In this document: piece by piece, positions 10,048-19,300 of the stretch
How the letters are laid out: each line of letters starts with the position of its first letter
Position numbering within the stretch: the first letter of the stretch is position 1
NCBI GenBank assembly: GCA_050294405.1
Contig: JBNKOC010000008.1
Coordinates: 1 to 64,000, forward strand
Reading direction: 5' to 3'
DNA: 64,000 nt
Origin: Fibrobacteria bacterium
Lineage (GTDB): Bacteria > Fibrobacterota > Fibrobacteria > UBA11236 > JADFYW01
Notes under the pieces: model-generated
The model's database searches: none
What the model was told of the DNA's origin: nothing
The model's input: the letters and a program-made list of their open reading frames with translations, nothing else
Program-made: the position numbers and the translations under genes

Positions 10048-10482
10048 TTAAGGTGTACGATCGGTAATAATGATTTTAGTAGAATAATAATCACGCCAAT
10101 GTGAAATAACGCCATTTGGCTTGAACCTAAAAGTATTGTCTACTTGAGTAGGGTGCTCAGAGTTGCCGCTGGAAGTGAACCATGTATTTCCGGTGTTCCA
10201 TTCAAATAAAGTTTCTTCACCATTTGCGGCAGGTGGCGCTTCATCTTGATAACGCATCGATTGAATATGATAATTCCTATATCCTCCTGTTCCATTTTCG
10301 TACTGTGCATAAGTACGGTTTGTTGGCAAGAAAATAACTACACAATTACAACCATTATTAAAATCAGCGTCGACGAAACTGTACTTTACAGTAGCCCCAT
10401 TGGGGTAGCTTGTTGTATAGCCGGACACTTGAAAAGCTAATCCAAGTGCCAAGGCAAAAAATAAAATTTTTTTAATGTTCAT
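10048..10482 (-). CDS. Small secreted hypothetical protein
   Basis: Signal peptide MNIKKILFFALALGLAFQVSG; AGGAGA RBS; aromatic/Thr/Asn-rich mature part. Confidence 0.75.
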   Translation of the reverse strand: MNIKKILFFALALGLAFQVSGYTTSYPNGATVKYSFVDADFNNGCNCVVIFLPTNRTYAQYENGTGGYRNYHIQSMRYQDEAPPAANGEETLFEWNTGNTWFTSSGNSEHPTQVDNTFRFKPNGVISHWRDYYSTKIIITDRTP

Positions 10483-10660
10483 ATTGTCTCCTTTATTGAG
10501 TTGATTGACAACTCAAATGTAACATTTAAAAAAATATCTGATATTACATTTTGGGAACATTTAACAAACAATTTTCTTACATGATGTTTGAAAATAATTG
10601 ATTTAATTTTCTATGTGAGTAATTGGATTGATGTTTTTGAAAAAATAGTTGAGTGACTTT

Positions 10661-11035
10661 TTACTTTTTCTCTACCGTTATTTTAGTTTGAACCTCGATA
10701 CAAAACACACCTCTTTTTTCTCTGTTAATTTTTAAAAAAGAGCATTTACATTGAGTAGCTTTTACTAGTCTATCTAATCTTACCTCAAAATTTGCGAAAG
10801 AATAATCAGGGAATATCCATTTTTCTCTTTTAAACTCTCTGTTAGTGAAGCGAGTTCTGTTTTCATGTTTAAAATCATTTAAAATTTTAAAAAGTATTTT
10901 TGCTGCTGCGCCTGTAATGACAACCTCATTATTGCATTCAATACATTCATCAATTTCATAATAAATAAAAAAATTACATTTTCGATTAGCCCGAGTTGAC
11001 TCAAACTCTTTCAAATACAGTTCATTATGACCCAT
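10661..11035 (-). CDS. Stand-alone winged-helix-like protein (possible regulator)
   Basis: GAAAKILFKIL..RTRFTNREFK..NFEVRLDRL..KINREKRGVF resembles the C-terminal wHTH-like domain I recall from a family of GAF-domain proteins. Confidence 0.55.
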   Translation of the reverse strand: MGHNELYLKEFESTRANRKCNFFIYYEIDECIECNNEVVITGAAAKILFKILNDFKHENRTRFTNREFKREKWIFPDYSFANFEVRLDRLVKATQCKCSFLKINREKRGVFCIEVQTKITVEKK

Positions 11036-11352
11036 ATCAAATTTCCCTTTTATTTAACCTGCGACGAGTTATGAAGTACAAACAAAAATTAGTTTTTAAA
11101 CTAAAAATTCTCAAACAATTGAAAATATATTTTCTTACAAACTTCTTACAGCCTTAGTTGAGTATCCTATGTGACAAATATATCACCCTTTAAGAGTCAT
11201 GGCAGGATAGATATCAATTAGTAATTACACAAAAGATCCCTCTTTAGAACTTTAAAAGAAAAAAAGGCCTACTTTTACTGTGGTAAGCCCAAAAATTTTG
11301 TGAGGGAAGGTTGGAACAATGTTTTTGGGTTTAACGATCCTAATAAAGGAAA

Positions 11353-14049
11353 TCAATCTAGAATACACCTAACACTAAGTAAATTAGAATTAAGGGAGGA
11401 ACCAAAGGAAATATTTGGATCCTCATTGATTTTAAAATTTCTATGAGTTTCCGTGTCATATATTGTGGAAGTCCACCAATAACCTTCATGACTCAAATTT
11501 CCACATTCTGCTGCATAACAAAACCCACCCGGCCTTGCTGACCAACCAGATTCATTTGTTATTCCAGCATCAATGGTCCATAACCCTGGTTCCATAAGGT
11601 CCAGGCCATCAGGATATTGATTTTGTAGCACAGTAAAGTCATCCATACTTGGCAACTTCCAGTATTCAGGGCAGGAATTATTCGCTTCATTGTAGGTATA
11701 CATTCTTCCGTAGTCCAAACAATTTTGAGCGGCATTTCCATAATCAGAACAAATGGAATTAGGGCTTTCAAGTTTCAGATTCTCTGAAAACCAGCATTGC
11801 TGCGCTATTTTTACGGTCCCATAGATCTGATTATCCCGGCTGTCGGCCCAGTTCTCCCCACATGTCCAGGTGGACCCTCCAACCACGGCTGTCCAGGGGG
11901 AGTTTCCCACAGCGTTTTCAGCCCTAACTCTATAGTGATAAATTGTTTCTAAGGAAAGGTTAGCATCTTCGTAGCTAGTTACATTTTGAATTGTGACAGC
12001 CAATAAAGAGAAATTAGCATTTTGGGAGAGGCTTCGCTCAATGCGAAAGGATGTTTCGTTATCAGAGTTATCAGACCATGATAATTGCAGGGTTCTACGA
12101 CCTGTCCGATTTACACTGAACCCTGATGGCATTGCTGGAGCAATGTCATTTACAGTTAAAAAGGCTGCGGTACTTTGAATGCTGCCCGCTACATTGCTAA
12201 CTTCCACGCTATACATATCTCCATTATCTGCTAAAGTCAGTGCATTTGTGGTATATGTGGGTGAATTGGCACCTTGTATAAGAGTGTTGTTTCTGCTCCA
12301 TGTGTAAGTCAGGGGCGCATAGCCCGTGGCAATGACAGAAAAGCTGGCAGTTTGCCCCACGTTCCTGTTGATGTTAACCGGTGGCGATGTTATGCTCGGT
12401 TTTGTCCGGACGATAAGAGTTGCCGTATTGCTAGTCTGCTGTCCCGCAGAGTTGGAAACTGTTACCGTGTAGTCCCCTTCGTCGTCCACAATGAGAGTTT
12501 CAGTGATAAAACTGGAAGAATTGGCGCCATTAATGGAGATGCCGTTTCTTTGCCATTGATATGTAAAAGGAGGGGAACCCGAGGTAACTACTGTAAAAGA
12601 TGCTTTCTGGCCTTCATTGATGGTGACGTCTTCGGGATGAGAAGTAATTTGGGGAGCTATCGTGGTATCCAGTACGGTGAGATTGGCTTCAGCGGACATC
12701 AAGGACCCTGCCTGATTATATACATTACATTTGTATGCGGTGCCGTTATCAGACAATAATGACTTAAAAGTAATAGAGGACGCGGTTTCCTCAGGCATAG
12801 CAGCTCCATTTTTATGCCACAAGTAGTTTAAATCTGTTCCGGAAGCTATGACATTGAACACGACCGTTTCACCCACATAAATTTCTAAATTACTGGGCTG
12901 CTTGGTTATTTCTGGGGGAATAATGGTTTCTGAATAATGCAAAAGGGCTGATTCACTCTGTAAAGAAGTTAAAGGATTCGTGACAACAACATAATAGACA
13001 TCGCCATCCATCTGACTTTGGACCAATCCAATGCTATAGTTGCTGTCAGTTGCATTTTCGATAATTTGATCATTTAAAAACCATTGATAGGTAAATGGCG
13101 GTGAACCCGATACGGATACTGAAAAAGTTGCCGTATCTCCTTCACCCAAAGTGACATCCTTGGGATGGGAAGTGATTTGCGGAACCAAAGTGGTGTCCAG
13201 CACGCTGAGAATGGCCTCATTGGACATCAAGGATCCCGCTTGGTTATATACTCTACATCTGTATGCCTTGCCGCTGTCAGCGAGTAAGGCTCTGAAAGTC
13301 AGAGATGATGTGATTTCTCCAGGTAGGGGCACTCCATCTTTGTGCCATAAATAATTTAAATCCATTCCAGTAGCTGTGACAGTAAATGAAACTGTTTCAC
13401 CTACATAAACTTCCAAAACACTGGGCTGTTGGGTAATCTCCGGAAGAGAAACATCTGGAACAAAACTTGTATCCATAACATTTACCAAAATACTGTCCGC
13501 AAGTTGAGCGGAAAAACGGGCAATAATATGGGTATTTCCTGTTGATTTAACCGCAACTACTCCCAGGTTACTGACATTGGCAATGGCGGGGTTGGCTGAG
13601 GTCCAGTTTACTTTCTGGGGTAATGTGGAGGGGAAAACCTTAAACTTAAGAGGATAGGCAGCATCCCCCAGTTTGAATTGAAGCCAGCGAGGACTAATCT
13701 CTACTTTATTTTGAATGCTGAGGGTGCCGTTGCTAAACGAATAGGCATATTCGGATTGTGAAATGATGCCACCATTTTCATCCAGTTGAAGGATTAATAA
13801 TTTTAAATCTTCTTTTTTTGCTTCGAAGTTCCATGGTCCTATAAAGTTGTCACCTTTGTAGATAACAAGGCTGTCGTTAGAATCAGAAATGACAATGACT
13901 TTAACTTCAACAATATTATCTAATAGCGCTTCTGGATTGGGGTTGTTAAAATTCACCACAATAGTTTTTGATTCATTCTCTGTAAAAACACAGGACATAA
14001 CCATGAGGATCAGGCCCAGAGAAAACCAAACTTTCTTCTTTTGGATCAC
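11353..14049 (-). CDS. Surface lipoprotein: Big_2 + five Ig (I-set-like) domains + FN3 + C-terminal FISUMP (Fib_succ_major) domain
   Basis: Lipobox VMSC; WTSANPAIANV; repeated P.IT..P..V..G....F.V..G..Y.W; LSWSDNSDNETSFRIER; DSRDNQIYGTVKIAQQCWFSENL..YGRMY..CPEYWKLPS..SVRC. Confidence 0.88.
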   Translation of the reverse strand: MIQKKKVWFSLGLILMVMSCVFTENESKTIVVNFNNPNPEALLDNIVEVKVIVISDSNDSLVIYKGDNFIGPWNFEAKKEDLKLLILQLDENGGIISQSEYAYSFSNGTLSIQNKVEISPRWLQFKLGDAAYPLKFKVFPSTLPQKVNWTSANPAIANVSNLGVVAVKSTGNTHIIARFSAQLADSILVNVMDTSFVPDVSLPEITQQPSVLEVYVGETVSFTVTATGMDLNYLWHKDGVPLPGEITSSLTFRALLADSGKAYRCRVYNQAGSLMSNEAILSVLDTTLVPQITSHPKDVTLGEGDTATFSVSVSGSPPFTYQWFLNDQIIENATDSNYSIGLVQSQMDGDVYYVVVTNPLTSLQSESALLHYSETIIPPEITKQPSNLEIYVGETVVFNVIASGTDLNYLWHKNGAAMPEETASSITFKSLLSDNGTAYKCNVYNQAGSLMSAEANLTVLDTTIAPQITSHPEDVTINEGQKASFTVVTSGSPPFTYQWQRNGISINGANSSSFITETLIVDDEGDYTVTVSNSAGQQTSNTATLIVRTKPSITSPPVNINRNVGQTASFSVIATGYAPLTYTWSRNNTLIQGANSPTYTTNALTLADNGDMYSVEVSNVAGSIQSTAAFLTVNDIAPAMPSGFSVNRTGRRTLQLSWSDNSDNETSFRIERSLSQNANFSLLAVTIQNVTSYEDANLSLETIYHYRVRAENAVGNSPWTAVVGGSTWTCGENWADSRDNQIYGTVKIAQQCWFSENLKLESPNSICSDYGNAAQNCLDYGRMYTYNEANNSCPEYWKLPSMDDFTVLQNQYPDGLDLMEPGLWTIDAGITNESGWSARPGGFCYAAECGNLSHEGYWWTSTIYDTETHRNFKINEDPNISFGSSLNSNLLSVRCILD
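12390..13446 (-). repeat. Intragenic tandem duplication of an Ig-domain pair (528-nt period)
   Basis: GTGGTGTCCAG..GGACATCAAGGA at 13190 matches GTGGTATCCAG..GGACATCAAGGA at 12662; outer boundaries approximate. Confidence 0.8.
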
Positions 14050-14285
14050 TATTCCACCAGCTATAACGAAACGAAAAAATTATTGAATTTTTTCTAAACT
14101 AAATAAAAATGTGATTTGTTGTCATATAGGCCTCCAGTTAAGTTAACTACTTATGAAAAATAAAAAATATAAAAGACAACTTTTTTTTGATTTTTCTTTG
14201 ACCGCTAAAAAAAAAATATCTAGCTTCTCAAGGGTTCCGGATTGGGTTTAGTCGGAATGAAAATATTCATAGGAGACAAATCATA

Positions 14286-15920
14286 TTGATAAATCACTAT
14301 GTCCGTATATGGCATTTAGCAATAGTAGTTTGCGTTTTTTCAGCAAATTCTTTGCTAGCAGATGTTGAAATTCATCCCACCCAGTTGGGGGGCTACATGG
14401 ACCTGGGACAAATTGTCTCCGGAAAGTTTGTAAAAGAAACTCCAAGTGATACTGTTGATGCGGATAATCAATTTCTAACTCGAACGCTTGGTTATTTGAC
14501 TCAGTCTGCTACTGTTAATGATAGGTTGGATATCAGTTTTACCTTAGCCGGTTTGTATTTTTATGCCCTACCTGAAGAAACAAATAAAGGCCTTTTTCGT
14601 TTTGTACAACCAGGTATTGGCGTTGGTCAAGCCCAAGCTGTATATAAGTTTGGAGATCCTGAACAGCCTTGGTCTAAACTGCAAATGGGGTTGTTTCCAA
14701 TTAAATATAACCCAGATGCAAAAAATTTGGGCGAATTCCTATTTCGCAGTGGAACCTATCCTGGTATAATATATGGTGGAGGTTGGACTTATATTGGTGG
14801 TGCTGAATATATGGCACAAGGTCTGCGTTATTCTATTACCCACTTAGACGGTGCTTTAACACACGACTTTTCTCTAACAATTGAGAGAGGATACGAACCA
14901 AACAATAACCTGTCTCCTGCTTATTTGGTAACCTACAAGGCTGGCGCTGTTTTTGAACTAGGAGCGGGATTGATGTGGGCTCATGCCATATCAATGCAAG
15001 ATAGCTTGCTTTCTCCAGAAGATCCTCAGAATGCGTATATCAAACCCGGTACTGCTCATGCTGATGCAGGCCTTCCCTTGGCATATCGCGAAGACACTTT
15101 TTTAGAGCAAGTTAATAAGCCTCATTATGATTCAAATGATCCAAGAGTACTTCCCGATTCCATTGATAATGGAATCGGTGGCAAAATAGAAAACCCTTGT
15201 CTTACCTCTGACCCTTCAGATGATCCAGATCCAAATAACCCATGTTATGACCAATCTTTTGTAAGTGTCACTGGCAATGGAATACCGGGAGAGGACTTAG
15301 CTTATTACAATTTTAGGGGTTTTAAAGGAATGGTGCGTGCAAAACTAGATATAGGCGTTATTATGGGAATGGAGCCTGATAACTTTAAAATGTATGGTGA
15401 AATTGCATTATTAGGGTTTAAAGATTATCCATTTTATTACGAAAAAAAATCTGAGAGAATGCCAATGATGTTTGGATTAAATATTCCGACATTTGGATTG
15501 CTTGACGCATTTTCTTTAGAATTAGGGTATTTAAAATCTAGATTTCCCAACAACGTCCATACACTCTACACCAAAAAATGGCCGTTGCCACTTCCTGATG
15601 ATAATGTTCCCATATCTGGACACACATCAAATCCTTGGACTTTTAATTTAGAAGATCCAGCATATACCGACCCGAATCATCCGGATTATGTTGAGGGGGC
15701 TAAAGAAAAAATTGCTGATGCTTTCACTAAGGATGATTGGAAATGGTCTGTTTATGCTAGGAAACAAATTACGGAAGGTTTCGCAGTTTCTACTCAAGTT
15801 GCAAGTGACTATCAGCGTCAAGTTTTATTTCAAAGTTATGCACCAAAATTTATGAACTTTCCCGCCACCCGTTATAGCAGTGATTGGTATTTTGTGCTTC
15901 GTTTGGAGATGGGGTTATGA
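14286..15920 (+). CDS. Putative outer-membrane beta-barrel protein, paralog 1 of 3
   Basis: Signal peptide; GLFPIKYNPDAKNLGEFLFRSGTYPG; amphipathic C-terminal strand WYFVLRLEMGL; AGGAG RBS with TTG start. Confidence 0.75.
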   Translation: MINHYVRIWHLAIVVCVFSANSLLADVEIHPTQLGGYMDLGQIVSGKFVKETPSDTVDADNQFLTRTLGYLTQSATVNDRLDISFTLAGLYFYALPEETNKGLFRFVQPGIGVGQAQAVYKFGDPEQPWSKLQMGLFPIKYNPDAKNLGEFLFRSGTYPGIIYGGGWTYIGGAEYMAQGLRYSITHLDGALTHDFSLTIERGYEPNNNLSPAYLVTYKAGAVFELGAGLMWAHAISMQDSLLSPEDPQNAYIKPGTAHADAGLPLAYREDTFLEQVNKPHYDSNDPRVLPDSIDNGIGGKIENPCLTSDPSDDPDPNNPCYDQSFVSVTGNGIPGEDLAYYNFRGFKGMVRAKLDIGVIMGMEPDNFKMYGEIALLGFKDYPFYYEKKSERMPMMFGLNIPTFGLLDAFSLELGYLKSRFPNNVHTLYTKKWPLPLPDDNVPISGHTSNPWTFNLEDPAYTDPNHPDYVEGAKEKIADAFTKDDWKWSVYARKQITEGFAVSTQVASDYQRQVLFQSYAPKFMNFPATRYSSDWYFVLRLEMGL

Positions 15921-17536
15921 GAAATAACACATTTATCATTAGGGGTGGAGTGTTAGTGTTCCTTATGTGGAGCAGCATTTTATCTGAAATAGTTTTGAAC
16001 CCTCCTGCTGCTGGTACTTCTTGGGATTACGGGATGGTCGTAAAAGGGCGGTATCCTGATGCTGTGGATAATGTGGCTGATGGGCAGGTCCTTACTCGCA
16101 CGGGCTTGTTTATAAATCAATCTGGCGTTTTTAACGACAGGTTAAACTTATCCGTTACATTGGGAGGCATTTTATTTTGGTCTTTGCCTGAGCGCTCAGA
16201 ACTTACTGCATTCCATACCCGGATTCTTTTTCCCGGAGGTGCCCTTGGAGAGGCGAGAGCTTCTTATGTTTTTGGAGATATTGAAGAGCCCTTTCTTGAA
16301 GTTAAAGCCGGGTTCTTTCCTATTAAATATAATTCTGATGCAAAAAATTTGGGTGAGTACCTCTACCGAAGCGGTACTTATCCAGGTGTGCTTTATTCAG
16401 GTGGTTGGTCATATATTAATTCTGCGGCATACATGGCTCAAGGTTTTGGTTTTAGACTCAATACTCTAGAAGGAAAATGGGTTCACGATCTTACTTTTAC
16501 TTTAGAGCGAGGCTTAGAGCCCACTAACAACATTTCACCAGCTTTTGTTTCTACATTTAAGGCAAGCTCGTTTGAAATTGCCGCTGGCTTTCAATGGGCT
16601 CATTTAATCCCCTTAAAACCGGAAGAAATGATAACTCCCGACGCAAGTGCCTTTAATGCCTATTACCTTGATTCAGGACTGCCGGTTGCTTACGATGATT
16701 CTTTAGGAGAAGCGTTTAAACCGCATTACCGCACTGGGGACACAGCAATTGTTGACCAGAGTGATTCTCGTTGGGGGATGGAAATGCCAGGAAGACCAGG
16801 AAAAAATTACGTTACAGCTGATGAAAATGGCATTCCTGGAGAAGCTTTAGGTTATTACACATTTCAGGGGATTAAAACCATGGCACGGGCCTCTTTAAAT
16901 CTTGGAAATTTATTAGGGATGGATGACAGCCAAAGCCAGGATGCCTTTAAAATTTATAGTGAATTAGCCTTGTTGGGAGTTGAAGATCAACCATTTTTTT
17001 ACGAAGACAAAAGTGAGCGTATGCCAATTATGTTTGGTATTAACATACCAACATTTGGATTACTAGATATTTTATCCTTCGAGGTAGAATACAGAAAATC
17101 TCGGTTTCCTAATGACATTAGATACTTGTTTGAGAATCAGTTTCCAATTGCTATTGCAGATGTTGAGGACTACTCTGTTTATGACCCTGATCATCCACAG
17201 TTTACAGACTATAATAACTCTCGACGGAGTAGTGCGTTAAAGTTTCTTGGCCTTGAAGATGATTCTCGTTATGATTCTGGCTCTCCTGATTTTGACCCAT
17301 CGATTCAAGATTTGAGAGCTCAACTTAATGAGAAGTTTGAGGAGGATGATTGGAAATGGTCCCTCTATGCTCGTCGTCAAATTATGGAAGGTTTGACTCT
17401 TTCTGGTCAGGTGGCTAGTGATCATCAGCGTCACTTTACAATAACTGCAAAGGATGGACCTAGACCCAATGACTTTCCCACAACTCTTTTGCCAAAGGAG
17501 TGGTATTTTATTTTGCGATTGGAGATGGGAATATGA
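15917..17536 (+). CDS. Putative outer-membrane beta-barrel protein, paralog 2 of 3
   Basis: ATGA overlap with the previous stop; KYNSDAKNLGEYLYRSGTYPG; C-terminus WYFILRLEMGI. Confidence 0.75.
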   Translation: MRNNTFIIRGGVLVFLMWSSILSEIVLNPPAAGTSWDYGMVVKGRYPDAVDNVADGQVLTRTGLFINQSGVFNDRLNLSVTLGGILFWSLPERSELTAFHTRILFPGGALGEARASYVFGDIEEPFLEVKAGFFPIKYNSDAKNLGEYLYRSGTYPGVLYSGGWSYINSAAYMAQGFGFRLNTLEGKWVHDLTFTLERGLEPTNNISPAFVSTFKASSFEIAAGFQWAHLIPLKPEEMITPDASAFNAYYLDSGLPVAYDDSLGEAFKPHYRTGDTAIVDQSDSRWGMEMPGRPGKNYVTADENGIPGEALGYYTFQGIKTMARASLNLGNLLGMDDSQSQDAFKIYSELALLGVEDQPFFYEDKSERMPIMFGINIPTFGLLDILSFEVEYRKSRFPNDIRYLFENQFPIAIADVEDYSVYDPDHPQFTDYNNSRRSSALKFLGLEDDSRYDSGSPDFDPSIQDLRAQLNEKFEEDDWKWSLYARRQIMEGLTLSGQVASDHQRHFTITAKDGPRPNDFPTTLLPKEWYFILRLEMGI

Positions 17537-19101
17537 AACTTGCGAAGGTGGTCGCCCTTACTGTGGTAATGCTTGGTACTTCGTGGGCTGAAGTTGAACT
17601 TAACCCAACCCATTTTGGCTCATACATGGATTTTGGGCAGGCTGTCGAAAGTCATGATCTTAAGGATTACCAGCCTCTTTCACGTCTTGGATTTTTTATG
17701 AATACTTCTGGCAGTTATAATGGAAAATTTGATATTTCGCTAACTGCCGGAGGTTTGTATTGGCACTCTTTGCCGCCTCAGGATGCAACCCAGAGAAATC
17801 AGCTCTTTGGGTTTGGGATAGGGGAAGCACAAGGTACTTATAAATTCGGCGATCCTGAATCTCCCATAGCTAAGTTACAAATGGGGTTATTCGCACACAA
17901 ATACAATCCCGACGCTAAAAATTTGGGAGAATACTTATATCGTAGCGGGACATATCCAGGATATCTTTGGACTGGAGGTTGGTCCTGGCTCAATTCTTCT
18001 GCCTATATGGCGCAGGGACTACGCTTTTCCTACTACATGTTAGAAGGTAAGCTAATTCATGATTTTGCTATATATCAGGAGAGGGATTTGGTACCAGCCC
18101 ACGATTTAATTCCTTCATATCAAGTTACTTATAAGCCTTCTCAAGTTTTCGAGATAGGAGCAGGTATTGCGTGGGCTCATGGGATTTCTTTTCGGCCGGA
18201 TAGCATTCTAAGTCCTAAAGTACGTCGAAATGCCTATAACCCAGATACTAAATTAGCTCTTACTCCAGAAGATGAAAATAAGCCGGGCTACTCTTATTAC
18301 GGTCCAGGCGATCCTCGAAATGATTCAAGGGTTGTTCCAGATGGAGATCCGCGTATTGGTGATTTTATTCCAGATTCTATTCCTGACCCTATCAACCCCG
18401 CTCAAAATATTGCTAATCCCGATCCTAATGTAGGTCAATATTATGTTTCCGTTACTGATAATGGTACTCCGGAGAATCAATTAGAATACTATACTTTTCG
18501 GGGCTTCAAAGGGATGGTTAGAACAGGAATAGATTTTGGGGCCTTCATGGAATTGGAACCTGGTCAATTCAAGGTTTACGGCGAAGTAGCTCTTCTTGGT
18601 ATCAAAGATTACCCCTTTTATTATGATAAAAAGTTGGAACGTATGCCTACAATGTTTGGGTTTAATTTTCCAACTTTTGGCTTGTTGGATGTTTTTTCAG
18701 TTGAGTTTGAATACCTTAATTCACCTTTTAAAAACACAATTTATGGTGTTTTTGGAAAACGCCAGCCTCTTCCTTTTGAAAGTGAAGCTGATAATAGTAC
18801 AAATTACCGTCGGGAAATTTGGAAAGACATCTTGCTTTCTAATCCCAATGATTTAAATGATCCAGAAACAATAGAATTTAATGCAAAAACTGAAGAATTA
18901 GAAAAAGAAGCGGAAAAGGATAATTGGAAATGGACTGTTTATGCTAAAAAGCAGTTAATGGAAGGTCTTTCCCTAACAGCTCAAATAGCGAGCGACCACA
19001 ATAGACATTTTGAATATGTTTTTGCAAGGCCGGGGGTTGAGCCTTCAACTATTGAGCCTTCAGAATGGTATTGGGTCTTACGCTTAGATCTCGGAATTTA
19101 A
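17533..19101 (+). CDS. Putative outer-membrane beta-barrel protein, paralog 3 of 3
   Basis: ATGA overlap; KYNPDAKNLGEYLYRSGTYPG; C-terminus WYWVLRLDLGI. Confidence 0.75.
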   Translation: MKLAKVVALTVVMLGTSWAEVELNPTHFGSYMDFGQAVESHDLKDYQPLSRLGFFMNTSGSYNGKFDISLTAGGLYWHSLPPQDATQRNQLFGFGIGEAQGTYKFGDPESPIAKLQMGLFAHKYNPDAKNLGEYLYRSGTYPGYLWTGGWSWLNSSAYMAQGLRFSYYMLEGKLIHDFAIYQERDLVPAHDLIPSYQVTYKPSQVFEIGAGIAWAHGISFRPDSILSPKVRRNAYNPDTKLALTPEDENKPGYSYYGPGDPRNDSRVVPDGDPRIGDFIPDSIPDPINPAQNIANPDPNVGQYYVSVTDNGTPENQLEYYTFRGFKGMVRTGIDFGAFMELEPGQFKVYGEVALLGIKDYPFYYDKKLERMPTMFGFNFPTFGLLDVFSVEFEYLNSPFKNTIYGVFGKRQPLPFESEADNSTNYRREIWKDILLSNPNDLNDPETIEFNAKTEELEKEAEKDNWKWTVYAKKQLMEGLSLTAQIASDHNRHFEYVFARPGVEPSTIEPSEWYWVLRLDLGI

Positions 19102-19300
19102 GGCTAGTTTGTCAATTATCAGCGTAAATTATGGGAAAAACAGCAAGCACCTATAATTGGTTATGGGTTGGTATTTTTCAGTCAAAAAATGCTAAAAAAA
19201 TTACATAATTGGATGCGCAAATGAAGCTTTTATCCTAAATTAGGTGATGTGGATGGAGCTTTTAAGAGAGGGCCCGTGATTTAAACTTTGGGGGATTAAT

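Noticed and set aside
15884..17532. Longer ORF-track starts (15884 and 17500) for barrel paralogs 2 and 3
   Set aside because: ATGA overlaps with GGAG at 8 nt give proper signal peptides from 15917 and 17533
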